From Candidatus Zixiibacteriota bacterium (GTDB lineage Bacteria; Zixibacteria; MSB-5A5; GN15; JAAZOE01), in contig JBDREQ010000073.1 of NCBI GenBank assembly GCA_043819555.1, forward strand, positions 128,001 through 192,000: DNA of 64,000 nt. The letters are read 5' to 3'. Shown piece after piece: positions 11,231-20,773 of this stretch (position 1 is its first letter; each line of letters opens with the position of its first letter). Below the pieces are notes generated by a model that had not been told where the DNA came from, did no database searches, and saw nothing but the letters and a program-made list of their open reading frames with translations. The position numbers and the translations under genes are program-made.

Positions 11231-11295
11231 CGAACGGCCATATTTTTATTATATTTGCCCCGTCATATATTAAACAAGTAAATTTTGGAGGTACA

Positions 11296-11856
11296 ATGAT
11301 AACCGCTGGTGATTTTCGCAAAGGTATGAGAGTCCTTGTCGATGGCGAACCGTATATAATCGTAGATTTTTCCATGGCCAAGATGGGGCGCGGGCGGCCT
11401 CATACCAAGGCCAAATTGAAACATCTGATAACCGGTTCAGTTTTTGAAAAATCGTATTTATCGAGTGAGAATTTTGAACTGCCGGATTTGGAAAATAGAA
11501 AAATGCAATATTTATATAATGACATTGATGGCTACCACTTTATGGATTCGGGCACTTATGAGCAAAGTGTTTTATCCAAAGATAATCTGGGCGATACCAG
11601 ATTTTACCTGATGGAAAATCATGAATATTCCATTTTGTTTTTTGAAGGACATCCGATTTCGCTGGATATGCCGGCCTCGGTCATACTGGAGGTTGTCGAT
11701 GCCGAACCGGCGGTTAAGGGAGATACCGTATCGAATATTCAAAAGGGAGCCACTCTGGAATCAGGACTCATTGTAAAGGTACCTTTATTTGTAAAACCGG
11801 GAGATAAGATAAAGGTCGACACGCGGACCGGCCAGTATATTGAGCGGGCCAATTAG
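11296..11856 (+). CDS. efp: Elongation factor P
   Basis: GGAGG SD then MITAGDFRKG; KGDT, ATLESG, VPLFVKPGDKIKVDTRTGQY; tip loop KMGRGRP. Confidence 0.96.
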   Translation: MITAGDFRKGMRVLVDGEPYIIVDFSMAKMGRGRPHTKAKLKHLITGSVFEKSYLSSENFELPDLENRKMQYLYNDIDGYHFMDSGTYEQSVLSKDNLGDTRFYLMENHEYSILFFEGHPISLDMPASVILEVVDAEPAVKGDTVSNIQKGATLESGLIVKVPLFVKPGDKIKVDTRTGQYIERAN

Positions 11857-12497
11857 TGGACGATTACGATGGCCCTATAATCGGTGTCGATGAATCGGGG
11901 AAAGGGGATTTTTTTGGACCGCTGGTGATCGCGGCGGTTTGTCTTAAGCCGGATCAATTTCAAAAACTTATTGATATGGGAGTCAAAGATTCCAAAAATA
12001 TCTCAGACAAAAAAATACAGCGTTTGTCGGGCGAAATTAAGAATCAATGCGAATTTGATGTTATTATCATAAACCCCCTGAAATATAATCAGCTTTATCA
12101 GAAGATAAAAAACCTGAATCAATTATTGGGTTGGGGGCATGCTCGCGCCATAGAAAATCTCCTGGCAAAAACGTCAGCAAAAAGAGCAATCTCTGATAAA
12201 TTTGGAAATGAAAAATTTATTAGGGATAATTTGCTGGAAAAGGGCAAGATGATTGAGTTGATTCAGAAGGTCAGGGGTGAGGCTCATCCGGCCGTCGCGG
12301 CGGCGTCAATAGTAGCGCGGGCAGAATTTGTCAAACGCATGGATTCTTTGTCCAAAGAAGTCGGATTTAAACTCCCTCTGGGCGCTTCTATGATTGTCGA
12401 TAATGCTGGAAGAGAATTGGTAAAAAAAGAAGGACGCGGCATATTGGACAAAACCGCCAAGATTCATTTCAAGAATTATAAAAAAATATTTGCCTGA
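11856..12497 (+). CDS. rnhC: Ribonuclease HIII, catalytic domain only
   Basis: GVDESGKGDFFGPL (HIII-type DExGKGD), GVKDSK, LNQLLGWGH, AVAAASIVAR, KIHFKN. Confidence 0.85.
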   Translation: MDDYDGPIIGVDESGKGDFFGPLVIAAVCLKPDQFQKLIDMGVKDSKNISDKKIQRLSGEIKNQCEFDVIIINPLKYNQLYQKIKNLNQLLGWGHARAIENLLAKTSAKRAISDKFGNEKFIRDNLLEKGKMIELIQKVRGEAHPAVAAASIVARAEFVKRMDSLSKEVGFKLPLGASMIVDNAGRELVKKEGRGILDKTAKIHFKNYKKIFA

Positions 12498-13294
12498 TGA
12501 AATTGTTGAATGATATATTGGGTGATCGAACTTCAGGAGCTTCCGCCCTTTATAAGAAAACACTAAATCTTCTTCAAACTGAGACAAAATATAATGCGCC
12601 GGATGAAGCGCTCAGGATAATTGACAAAATAAAATCTCAATTCCCCGAAATGGCGGTATTTGAATATTTGTCTCTTATGACAAGGCGTTCCAATAAAAAC
12701 GAATACTTAGCGGTCCTTCGGTTTCTTGAACTGGAATGCTCTACTGAGCTGAAATTAATAAATAATCAGTTGAATAAGATATGGCTTAGACGAAAAAGAA
12801 TCGTTACTTTTTCCAATTCATCTGTTGTGGAGCATATCATATGTGAAAACCAGATTAAAGTTGAATCGGTATTATTATCTCAAGCTTCACCTAAAAATGA
12901 AGGGGTAATTCTCGGCGAAAAATTGCACAACGCGGGATTAAAAGTTGAAATATGCTCCGACGCCGCTTTGCCAAATCTGATTAAAAAATCCGATTATATA
13001 TTTCTTGGCGCCGACTGTGTGGCAAAGAGATATTTTATTAATAAGGCGGGGACCTATCCTCTGCTGTTAGCCGCAAAGGCAAAGTGCGCTAGATCATTCA
13101 TATTTTGCGAAAAGTTTAAAATTATTCCATCGTTCAAGTTCGCTCCGGGATCGCAGGATTCATCAGAAATAGCCCGTCCCTTATCCGGCAATATGAGGGT
13201 AAACAATTATTATTTCGAAAGAATTCCAATTAATCTCGCGGATTATTTGATCTCGGGATACGGGATAAAAATAATAAAGACCGGGAGGCAATAG
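12497..13294 (+). CDS. IF-2B family protein (eIF2B alpha/beta/delta, MtnA/R15P isomerase fold)
   Basis: DRTSGAS, TFSNSSVV, P.NEG, GADCV, INKAGT, E.FK, YFERIP. Confidence 0.8.
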   Translation: MKLLNDILGDRTSGASALYKKTLNLLQTETKYNAPDEALRIIDKIKSQFPEMAVFEYLSLMTRRSNKNEYLAVLRFLELECSTELKLINNQLNKIWLRRKRIVTFSNSSVVEHIICENQIKVESVLLSQASPKNEGVILGEKLHNAGLKVEICSDAALPNLIKKSDYIFLGADCVAKRYFINKAGTYPLLLAAKAKCARSFIFCEKFKIIPSFKFAPGSQDSSEIARPLSGNMRVNNYYFERIPINLADYLISGYGIKIIKTGRQ

Positions 13295-13302
13295 ACTCCC
13301 GG
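13281..13302. terminator. Hairpin between convergent genes
   Basis: CCGGGAG...CTCCCGG; weak U tail. Confidence 0.4.
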
Positions 13303-13331
13303 CTTCGTTACACATAGGGATGGCGACAGAT

Positions 13332-14069
13332 TTAATATTCTACTTTTTGATAATCCGTAATTATACTCAGGACTCTATTGTTATCACTGCTCAAAGAGCC
13401 TGAAATATTTTCATATTTTACAAGACCAATCCCGGCGGCATACCAGAAATAGGAATAAGAATTTTCACCGGTCTGCCTCTCGACTTTCAAACAGTTGCCA
13501 TGGGATTTTCCGTCAAGAGTTTTTACAGTTTCTTTGCCGGCTATGGTCATAATCGTGTACTCAGAGCCTGGAAGAGTCTTATTAAAGTATCCATATCCGT
13601 CGGGAGGATTACCGCCATCATTATCTCCGTAAATATTTGGATCATTAGTGCCTGATGACCCGTTATCTTCGATACGATTCCAGCTATGACCAATTACAAA
13701 TGGAGATTCAAGAATTTTATCTCCGCGTTGATTGGTTGAAGAAGATTCAAAAATTGCATTGCCATCGGAATACATGTAAGTGTACCATAGCTCATTGGTT
13801 GTGTTGTTAACGTGTCTGATAGTAAACCCCGGATTACCGTTTATTGATACAGGATCAGTCACTTCGATGCTAAAATACTCGGTAGATGGTTCAACGGTCG
13901 CATAATTAATTCGCCAACCTTGTTCCATTTGTACATAGACTGTTGCCGGCGCGTTTTCAGAAATGGATGACGTTGAACTGATAAATGAATTGTCGGAACA
14001 TCCGACGAACCAGATTGAAAGTGCAATAACTGCAATTGATGTCATCCAAAGCAACTTTCTTAATAGCAT
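13332..14069 (-). CDS. Hypothetical lipoprotein
   Basis: Lipobox FVGC; C-terminal 'WYAAGIGLVK' beta motif; GGGGGAGGT SD. Confidence 0.75.
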   Translation of the reverse strand: MLLRKLLWMTSIAVIALSIWFVGCSDNSFISSTSSISENAPATVYVQMEQGWRINYATVEPSTEYFSIEVTDPVSINGNPGFTIRHVNNTTNELWYTYMYSDGNAIFESSSTNQRGDKILESPFVIGHSWNRIEDNGSSGTNDPNIYGDNDGGNPPDGYGYFNKTLPGSEYTIMTIAGKETVKTLDGKSHGNCLKVERQTGENSYSYFWYAAGIGLVKYENISGSLSSDNNRVLSIITDYQKVEY

Positions 14070-14124
14070 ATTACCTCCCCCGCAATTGGGTAAGCGGATT
14101 TAGTTTATTCTTTTCGGTAAGATT

Positions 14125-14140
14125 TGCAAAGTAGGTGCCG
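14125..14140 (-). promoter_or_regulatory. sigma54 (-24/-12) promoter for the 13332-14069 lipoprotein
   Basis: Minus strand CGGCAC-CTACT-TTGCA with exact GG-N10-GC spacing. Confidence 0.65.
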
Positions 14141-14267
14141 AAACAGGAGAGAAATATAAGATGTTGTATCTCAAGAAGTTCGGGGGATTAATTTACCGGC
14201 GGTAAGTTTTTGATACAGTTCAAATATGGGAATTAGTCAACATATTGTGGACATAAAGCCCCATGGC

Positions 14268-14294
14268 TTAAATAATAACGCAAATTGCCGATAA
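14268..14294 (+). promoter_or_regulatory. Putative sigma28-type promoter (GAF protein)
   Basis: TTAA-N15-GCCGATAA. Confidence 0.65.
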
Positions 14295-14332
14295 TAGAAA
14301 AGGAGACAAAGGCTTAAAAGGTGGAGGCGGCA

Positions 14333-16441
14333 ATGCCACAATTGTATTACGATATGCTTTATTTTGCGACATTCGTTATTGTTTTTTGGGCCATGATCAG
14401 AACGGGTGGGAAAGCCCTCAAAACCGCTCAAGGAGCATTTTCAAAAATAGTTATAGGATTGTCTTTTCTAACCGGTTTCTCAATTATTCAGCTTCTGGGA
14501 AATCAAGGCTTGATGAACGGATTACCTTTTGTGAATAATTCCCTGAATAGGCAATTGATAGAGGCGATTTTAATAGTTATCGGACTTATTATACTCCTTA
14601 CCGGAGTCGGCGCATGGCTTCCCACTTGGACCAGAACAAAAACCTCCAGATCCAAATTTCAAAAACGGTATTCCTGCCTTAAAATGATTAATCAGATTTT
14701 GACCAGGAAACTGGATTATGATACGGCGATGGATCAAATAACAAATATTTTTTCAAGCTATCTTGAGATACCCAAATGTGCCGCCTTTAAGTACTCCAAA
14801 CGAAACGAAACCTTATACCTTTCAAGCGCCAGTGGTTTTGAATCGAGAAGCCCCGAAATATTTCGCGAGATTGCAATTTCGCAAACAGAATTAAAAACTA
14901 CGCTATATAAATCGCGAGTGACAAAAGATGCAGGGAATCATCCTGTCTTTATTAATGGCCGCCAACCCAGTATAATCATTCCGATTCATAATCGTGGACA
15001 GATATATGGCGCCATTATGTGCTGGACAAGCGGCAAATTACTCATCGACGATGATTTTATGGATTTCTTTTCATCGATAAGTGAAACGGTGGGAAATTTC
15101 ACGACCAATCTGATTAATAGTACCGGCCTAAAGTTATTAAAAAAGCATCAATCGATTAATCAAAGAATTGCTTCGTTATGTAATCAAGTATCATCAGTCC
15201 GGCAATTGATGCCGCCTCTTTTTAATATTTTAAAAAAGAATTTTGGTGTGGAATATATGTCGCTTGCTAATCTGGATAATTCCGGCGAAAATATGATGCG
15301 TTATACGATCGGCGCAAGCGGTCGCATGCTTTTGGAGAAAGGCGTAAATTTATCGACCAGGGGCACTGAAATAGAAGCGATATTCAAAAACTGTGATCCG
15401 ATTCTCTCGGCCCGTGTGACGCCGGGAATGAAGTTAATGGGCGACGATGGATTATTCATTTCTTCCGGCATGGAATCCAAACTGGCATGTCCTATAAAAT
15501 CAGGGGAAAAAGTCCTGGCCGTCATTGTTCTGGGCAATTCTAATCCCGACTTTTTCAAAAGAATGCATCTAAATCAAATTATGAATCTAACGGATTTAAT
15601 ATCGCCGGTATTGCAGCGTGGACGCCTCAGCCGAAAGCTTGAAACGCTGGACAGCCAGGTGGCTCGTCTGCAATTAATGGAAAGAAAATTACAGGAAGAG
15701 GTTGATATCGATGAATATTTTGATAATGCTTGCGAATTATTAGCCAGGAGAATGAAATGTACGATAGCCCGAATTTCATTGGTGGATGAAGATAGAAAGA
15801 CATTAATCAGCCATGCCCATCGAACCATCAGAGATACTGGAATAACATTTAAAGATAAATCCATAATTCCACTATCGCTTTTACCGTGGCACAAAATGAC
15901 AATTGAGGCCGAAAAACCAATGATGATAAATCAGGAAGACGACGAATCCCGCATGCAGCCTCAGGAATCCACCCAAACTCTATTGCCAAATATTAAATCG
16001 GCCATGTTAATACCTATTACTCTTAAAAACAAAGTGCGCGGTATCATTTCGATTGGCGAAGTGCGCAATTGGAATCGGCGTTCGTTCAATACTGGAGATA
16101 TGTTAATTGCGCGCGATGTCGCTGCCAAATGCTCAACAGCATTGAAAATAAGCAAGCTGGAATCGGAACCTCCATTTTCCACAATGGAACTTGATTTTGA
16201 AGAAAACCATTGCCTGGCCAATCGGGAACTTCTGACCAAAATCAAAAGTCCGATCACTTCACTTATGGGTGCCGTTGAACTACTGGAGAATCAAACCGAC
16301 ACCAAAGATGAAAAAGTAATACGATATCAAAATATGATTAAGAAATCGGCCAATCGATTGAAAGAAATGACCGATTGGGATGCTGTTTCTTCGTTTGTTA
16401 ATGATATTGAGGAAATTGAACCGGAGCAGGTCATCGGATAA
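14333..16441 (+). CDS. Membrane multi-GAF sensor with degenerate HisKA-like C-terminus
   Basis: Three N-terminal TM segments; GAF-like segments (IIIPIH..GQIYGAI, LACPIK..VLAVI, AMLIPI..VRGII); 'TKIKSPITSLMGAVELL' resembles an H-box without His; GGAGG before ATG 14333. Confidence 0.7.
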   Translation: MPQLYYDMLYFATFVIVFWAMIRTGGKALKTAQGAFSKIVIGLSFLTGFSIIQLLGNQGLMNGLPFVNNSLNRQLIEAILIVIGLIILLTGVGAWLPTWTRTKTSRSKFQKRYSCLKMINQILTRKLDYDTAMDQITNIFSSYLEIPKCAAFKYSKRNETLYLSSASGFESRSPEIFREIAISQTELKTTLYKSRVTKDAGNHPVFINGRQPSIIIPIHNRGQIYGAIMCWTSGKLLIDDDFMDFFSSISETVGNFTTNLINSTGLKLLKKHQSINQRIASLCNQVSSVRQLMPPLFNILKKNFGVEYMSLANLDNSGENMMRYTIGASGRMLLEKGVNLSTRGTEIEAIFKNCDPILSARVTPGMKLMGDDGLFISSGMESKLACPIKSGEKVLAVIVLGNSNPDFFKRMHLNQIMNLTDLISPVLQRGRLSRKLETLDSQVARLQLMERKLQEEVDIDEYFDNACELLARRMKCTIARISLVDEDRKTLISHAHRTIRDTGITFKDKSIIPLSLLPWHKMTIEAEKPMMINQEDDESRMQPQESTQTLLPNIKSAMLIPITLKNKVRGIISIGEVRNWNRRSFNTGDMLIARDVAAKCSTALKISKLESEPPFSTMELDFEENHCLANRELLTKIKSPITSLMGAVELLENQTDTKDEKVIRYQNMIKKSANRLKEMTDWDAVSSFVNDIEEIEPEQVIG

Positions 16442-16529
16442 ATTCGCTTTAATACTGCGGTATTCTGCAACTCATCGGAGAGTGCTGAAATTCATATTAT
16501 CAGATAATAGACTATCTTTTTTTATCCTA

Positions 16530-16557
16530 TTGACAAAAATCAAAGATCATATATATT
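16530..16557 (+). promoter_or_regulatory. sigma70 promoter of the rib operon
   Basis: TTGACA-N16-TATATT, about 10 nt before the riboswitch. Confidence 0.7.
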
Positions 16558-16566
16558 TCCCACAAA

Positions 16567-16688
16567 TATCTTCGGGGTGAGGCGAAATTCCTCGACCGGC
16601 GGTTAAAGCCCGTGAGCGGAGTTCAATAGAATTCTGCTGAGCCGGTGAAATTCCGGCGCCGACGGTACAGTCCGGATGGGAGAAGATA
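16567..16688 (+). ncRNA. FMN riboswitch (RFN element)
   Basis: TATCTTCGGGG..GAAATTCC.CGACCGGCGGT.AAAGCCCG.GA...GGTGAAATTCC.G.GCCGACGGT.CAGTCCGGATGGGAGAAGATA, upstream of ribD. Confidence 0.97.
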
Positions 16689-16743
16689 GGATTAAACGGA
16701 TTTATACGTCTGTTTAATAGTTTGAGATATAAAGCTCTCCCTG

Positions 16744-16767
16744 TCCCCGATAATATGGGGATTTTTT
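16744..16767 (+). terminator. Riboswitch expression-platform hairpin with T6 tail
   Basis: TCCCC-GATAATAT-GGGGA-TTTTTT immediately before the ribD ATG. Confidence 0.6.
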
Positions 16768-17853
16768 ATGACTGTTGACAGCCTATATTTTGACATGGTG
16801 CGGCGGGCAATCCGGTTGGCCAGGCGAGCTCAGGGTTATACCTCCCCAAATCCCGCCGTCGGGGCGGTACTCTTTGATGAAAATGGAATAATCTCCGAAG
16901 GATATCATAAAAAGGCGGGACTGGCGCATGCCGAAATAATAGCCATTGAAAGGGCCGGCGGTAAAGCCAGAGGCGCTTCTCTTGCCGTTAGTCTTGAACC
17001 GTGCTGTCATACCGGTCGAACCGGCCCATGCACAAAGGCAATTGCAGCAGCCGGAATCAAGCGAGTCATTTATGCCGTTAAAGATCCCAATTGCAAAGTT
17101 AACGGTGGAGGAAGGGAGTATTTGAGGGAACAAGGGATTGATGTCATCTCAAATATATGTCGGGAAGAGGCCCTTATACTTAATGAAGATTATTTTCATT
17201 ATCATAATACCGGCCGCCCCTTTGTTGTGTTGAAAATGGCCCAAACTCTGGATGGCAGGATTGCAACCGCGACCGGCGAATCTAAATGGATATCCGCGAA
17301 GAAGGCACGAGCGTTCGCGCATCGACTAAGGGCACGGTATGATGCTGTGGCGGTTGGTTCCGGGACGGTAAAAGCTGATAATCCATCATTGACGGTCAGG
17401 CATGTTAAAGGAAAGAATCCCTATCGTATTATCCTGACGGCTTCAGGGAAACTGGCCTCCAATATTAATCTGTTTGAGAATAATGATGATAACAAGACGA
17501 TTGTGGCCGCCCCCGCCAATATCCTTAAGAAAATGAATTTTAATAAAGTTGTCGGCTGGTCCATTAGTAAGACGAAGAATGGGATTAATCTTTTGGATCT
17601 TTTGGAACATGCCGGTAAAGAAGGTATAATGTCAATCTTATTTGAGGGTGGAGCCCGGATTGCGACGGAGCTATTTAGTAAGCGGATGGTTAATAAATTT
17701 TATCTTAGTTGTTCACCTGTTTTGATTGGCAAAGGTCTTAATTCAATTGGCGAATTAGGTATAAAAAATATTCCGGATGGCATTAAATTTAGAAACAGTT
17801 CTTTTAGAAAAATGGGAACGGATATTCTTTTCAGCGGTTATCCGGTGTGGTGA
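16768..17853 (+). CDS. ribD: Bifunctional riboflavin deaminase/reductase RibD
   Basis: SPNPAVGA, HAE, LEPCCHTGRTGPC, LKMAQTLDGRIA, DNPSLTVR, EGG. Confidence 0.97.
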   Translation: MTVDSLYFDMVRRAIRLARRAQGYTSPNPAVGAVLFDENGIISEGYHKKAGLAHAEIIAIERAGGKARGASLAVSLEPCCHTGRTGPCTKAIAAAGIKRVIYAVKDPNCKVNGGGREYLREQGIDVISNICREEALILNEDYFHYHNTGRPFVVLKMAQTLDGRIATATGESKWISAKKARAFAHRLRARYDAVAVGSGTVKADNPSLTVRHVKGKNPYRIILTASGKLASNINLFENNDDNKTIVAAPANILKKMNFNKVVGWSISKTKNGINLLDLLEHAGKEGIMSILFEGGARIATELFSKRMVNKFYLSCSPVLIGKGLNSIGELGIKNIPDGIKFRNSSFRKMGTDILFSGYPVW

Positions 17854-17854
17854 T

Positions 17855-18493
17855 ATGTTTACGGGATTAATTGAAAGCATAGGCATTATAAAAAATATTT
17901 CCTGGCGCGGAAATTATCGAGTGATAACTATCTCGCCCGAACCGCGGTTTGAAAATATTGCCATGGGAGAATCGATTGCCGTTTCCGGTCCATGTTTAAC
18001 AGTATCTGGATTTGATAAGAATTCCTTTACGGTAGAAGCCTCACAGGAGACTACCAAAATAACAACTATTAAACATCTTCGAATTGGTAATCATGTTAAT
18101 CTTGAGAGGGCGCTTCGAACCGATGGAAGACTTGGCGGACATTTTGTTTCAGGCCATATTGATTGTAAGCTGAAAATTATTGACATTTCAAAAATCGGGG
18201 AAAGCCGGCAGATAAAAATTGATCTGCCTGATAAATATGCCGCCTATGTAATAGATAAGGGCTCAATTTGTCTTGATGGTGTCAGCTTAACAGTGGCCAA
18301 TTTGGGAAAGAATAATTTTATGGTCAATCTTATCCCGGAGACGCAAAAGCGGACAACCTTATATAACAAAAAAACCGGGGACGAACTAAATATCGAGTTT
18401 GATTTAATCGGCAAGTATATCCTGCGACATTTGGATAGAGTATCAAATCCCGAAAAATTGTCGGTTGAATCTATACGAAAAATGGGTTTTTAG
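17855..18493 (+). CDS. ribE: Riboflavin synthase (alpha chain)
   Basis: Canonical MFTG start at 17855; VNLERAL, GGHFVSGHID, KGSICLDGVSLTV. Confidence 0.96.
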   Translation: MFTGLIESIGIIKNISWRGNYRVITISPEPRFENIAMGESIAVSGPCLTVSGFDKNSFTVEASQETTKITTIKHLRIGNHVNLERALRTDGRLGGHFVSGHIDCKLKIIDISKIGESRQIKIDLPDKYAAYVIDKGSICLDGVSLTVANLGKNNFMVNLIPETQKRTTLYNKKTGDELNIEFDLIGKYILRHLDRVSNPEKLSVESIRKMGF

Positions 18494-18512
18494 ATTAGAA
18501 TAGAGGTGTTGC

Positions 18513-19709
18513 ATGACTGAGTTTTGTACCGTAGAAGAAGCAATTGAAGAAATAAAATCCGGTAAAATGGTTATTGTGGTTGATGATGAGGATCGTGAGA
18601 ATGAAGGCGATTTTATTATGGCCGCCGAGATGGTTACTCCGGAAGCCGTTAATTTCATAAGCAAGCATGGCCGTGGATTAATTTGTGCGCCTTTAACGCG
18701 CGAGCGGTTGGAGAAGCTCGATCTTGATGCGATGGTTCAACGCAACACGGCGCTACATGGTACCCGATTTACCGTTTCAGTTGATGCCGTTAACGGTACG
18801 ACTACCGGAATTTCGGCCTTTGATCGGGCGAGGACTATTAAATTGTTGATAGATGAAGATACCAAACCGGAAGATCTTGGCCGACCCGGTCATATATTCC
18901 CCCTGCAGGCTTTGGATGGCGGAGTACTGGCTCGGGCGGGACATACCGAAGCATCAGTTGATTTGGCGCGTTTGGCCGGATTTGCACCGGCGGGCGTGCT
19001 ATGCGAAATTATTGACGATGACGGCAATATGGCTCGGGTACCGCGTTTGTTGGAAATGGCCGATGAATTTAATCTTAAAATTACTACCGTACAGGATTTA
19101 ATTGAATATCGAAGGCATCATGAAAAACTAATAACCAAGGTCCTTGAGGTCAAACTGCCGACATGCTGGGGTGAATTCCAACTGCATCTCTATAAAAGCG
19201 ATATTGATGACCATCATCATTTAGCTCTCGCCAAAGGAGATGTGTCGGGCAAAGAAAACGTTTTGGTCAGAGTGCATTCGCAATGTCTGACGGGCGATGT
19301 TTTTGGCTCTTCCCGCTGTGATTGTGGCGATCAATTGGCCTTTGCGATGCAGATGATTGAAAAGGAGGGAATGGGTGTTCTTCTGTATATGCGGCAGGAG
19401 GGGAGGGGCATCGGATTGGTTAATAAACTTAAAGCATATGTACTGCAGGAAAAAGGCCGCGACACAGTTCAGGCCAACGAAGAGCTTGGTTTTAAGGCTG
19501 ATTTGAGGGATTACGGAATTGGGGCTCAGATTCTTAAGGATATGGGACTTTCGACTATTCGCATAATCACCAATAACCCCCGCAAATTGATTGGACTGCA
19601 AGGGCACGGTCTCGAAATAACTGATCGGGTTCCGGTTCTCTGTGAACCAAATAAGCATAACCAATTTTATTTGGAAACGAAACGCGATAAACTTGGGCAT
19701 TTATTGTAA
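18513..19709 (+). CDS. ribBA: DHBP synthase / GTP cyclohydrolase II
   Basis: [52 protein letters not shown]. Confidence 0.98.
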   Translation: MTEFCTVEEAIEEIKSGKMVIVVDDEDRENEGDFIMAAEMVTPEAVNFISKHGRGLICAPLTRERLEKLDLDAMVQRNTALHGTRFTVSVDAVNGTTTGISAFDRARTIKLLIDEDTKPEDLGRPGHIFPLQALDGGVLARAGHTEASVDLARLAGFAPAGVLCEIIDDDGNMARVPRLLEMADEFNLKITTVQDLIEYRRHHEKLITKVLEVKLPTCWGEFQLHLYKSDIDDHHHLALAKGDVSGKENVLVRVHSQCLTGDVFGSSRCDCGDQLAFAMQMIEKEGMGVLLYMRQEGRGIGLVNKLKAYVLQEKGRDTVQANEELGFKADLRDYGIGAQILKDMGLSTIRIITNNPRKLIGLQGHGLEITDRVPVLCEPNKHNQFYLETKRDKLGHLL

Positions 19710-19729
19710 ATATTGTAAGGAGGATAAAG

Positions 19730-20206
19730 ATGCCAGCAAAAACATATATAGGACAGTTAAGCGGTAAGGGGCAAAAACACGCCATTATTGTAAGTCGTTT
19801 TAATGAACTATTGACTTCGAAATTATTGGAAGGCGCTCTTGATTGCCTGATTCGTCACGGGGTTGCAGACAAAGATATCAGCGTCATCTGGGTTCCGGGT
19901 TCATTTGAAACACCATATGCGGCTCAACAGGCGGCCCTGACCAAAAAATATGATGCCGTTTTATGTCTGGGAGCGCTTATCAGGGGGGATACGCCTCATT
20001 TTGATTATATCGCGGCCGAGGCATCAAAAGGAATCGCGAATATTGCGTTGCAGACCAAATTGCCGGTTATATTCGGAATTGTAACGGCCGATACTCTGGA
20101 TCAGGCCATTGAACGCGCCGGGACCAAAGCCGGGAATAAAGGCTGGGACGGCGCTTTGTCAGCGATCGAGATGGTTGATTTGTACAAGCAGATTGATAAG
20201 GCATGA
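19730..20206 (+). CDS. ribH: 6,7-dimethyl-8-ribityllumazine synthase
   Basis: [33 protein letters not shown]. Confidence 0.98.
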   Translation: MPAKTYIGQLSGKGQKHAIIVSRFNELLTSKLLEGALDCLIRHGVADKDISVIWVPGSFETPYAAQQAALTKKYDAVLCLGALIRGDTPHFDYIAAEASKGIANIALQTKLPVIFGIVTADTLDQAIERAGTKAGNKGWDGALSAIEMVDLYKQIDKA

Positions 20207-20610
20207 CAAAAAGACGACAGGCGCGGGAATTTATTCTCAAGGTTTTATACTCGTACGAAATCCTTAATCGTGATTTTGAGGAAATAATTGAGGATATGCT
20301 AAAAGAAAGCTCAATTGGTGAAGGGCAAATGCCGTTTATCCAATCGTATCTGGAAAGCGCAATAAAAAACCTTGAGTTTCTGGATCTAGAGATAGAGAGG
20401 CTGGCCGAAAACTGGAAGTTGGAGAGAATTGCGATCATCGACCGGGTAATTTTACGAATGGGATTATGCGAACTTCATTTCATACCGGATATTCCCGAAA
20501 AGGTTTCCATTAATGAGGCTGTTGATTTGGCCAAAAAATACAGCACTTCTGATTCCAGTTCATTCGTCAATGGAATTTTGGATGCGGCCTTAACCGAAAT
20601 AAAACAGTAA
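20203..20610 (+). CDS. nusB: Transcription antitermination factor NusB
   Basis: [37 protein letters not shown]; ribH-nusB synteny. Confidence 0.96.
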   Translation: MTKRRQAREFILKVLYSYEILNRDFEEIIEDMLKESSIGEGQMPFIQSYLESAIKNLEFLDLEIERLAENWKLERIAIIDRVILRMGLCELHFIPDIPEKVSINEAVDLAKKYSTSDSSSFVNGILDAALTEIKQ

Positions 20611-20645
20611 TTAGAAAATCTTAAGCAATTGTTATTAAGACAAAT

Positions 20646-20677
20646 AGGCGGGCAATAATAGCGCCCCGCCTTTTTTT
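20646..20677 (+). terminator. Intrinsic terminator after nusB
   Basis: GGCGGG..CCCGCC followed by T7. Confidence 0.8.
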
Positions 20678-20773
20678 AAGGCTGGACATAGATAAATTTT
20701 GTGTTATATTTACTCCCTTCAAAGTATAACAAATAGTTATGAGCCGTTTTAAATCGGAAGAGAGCAATTAATT

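Noticed and set aside
11209..11295. N-terminal extension of EF-P in the ORF track
   Set aside because: It overlaps the kinase 3' end. GGAGG plus MITAGDF at 11296 is the canonical start.
17777..17854. N-terminal extension of riboflavin synthase
   Set aside because: It lies inside ribD, and the family begins with MFTG (17855).
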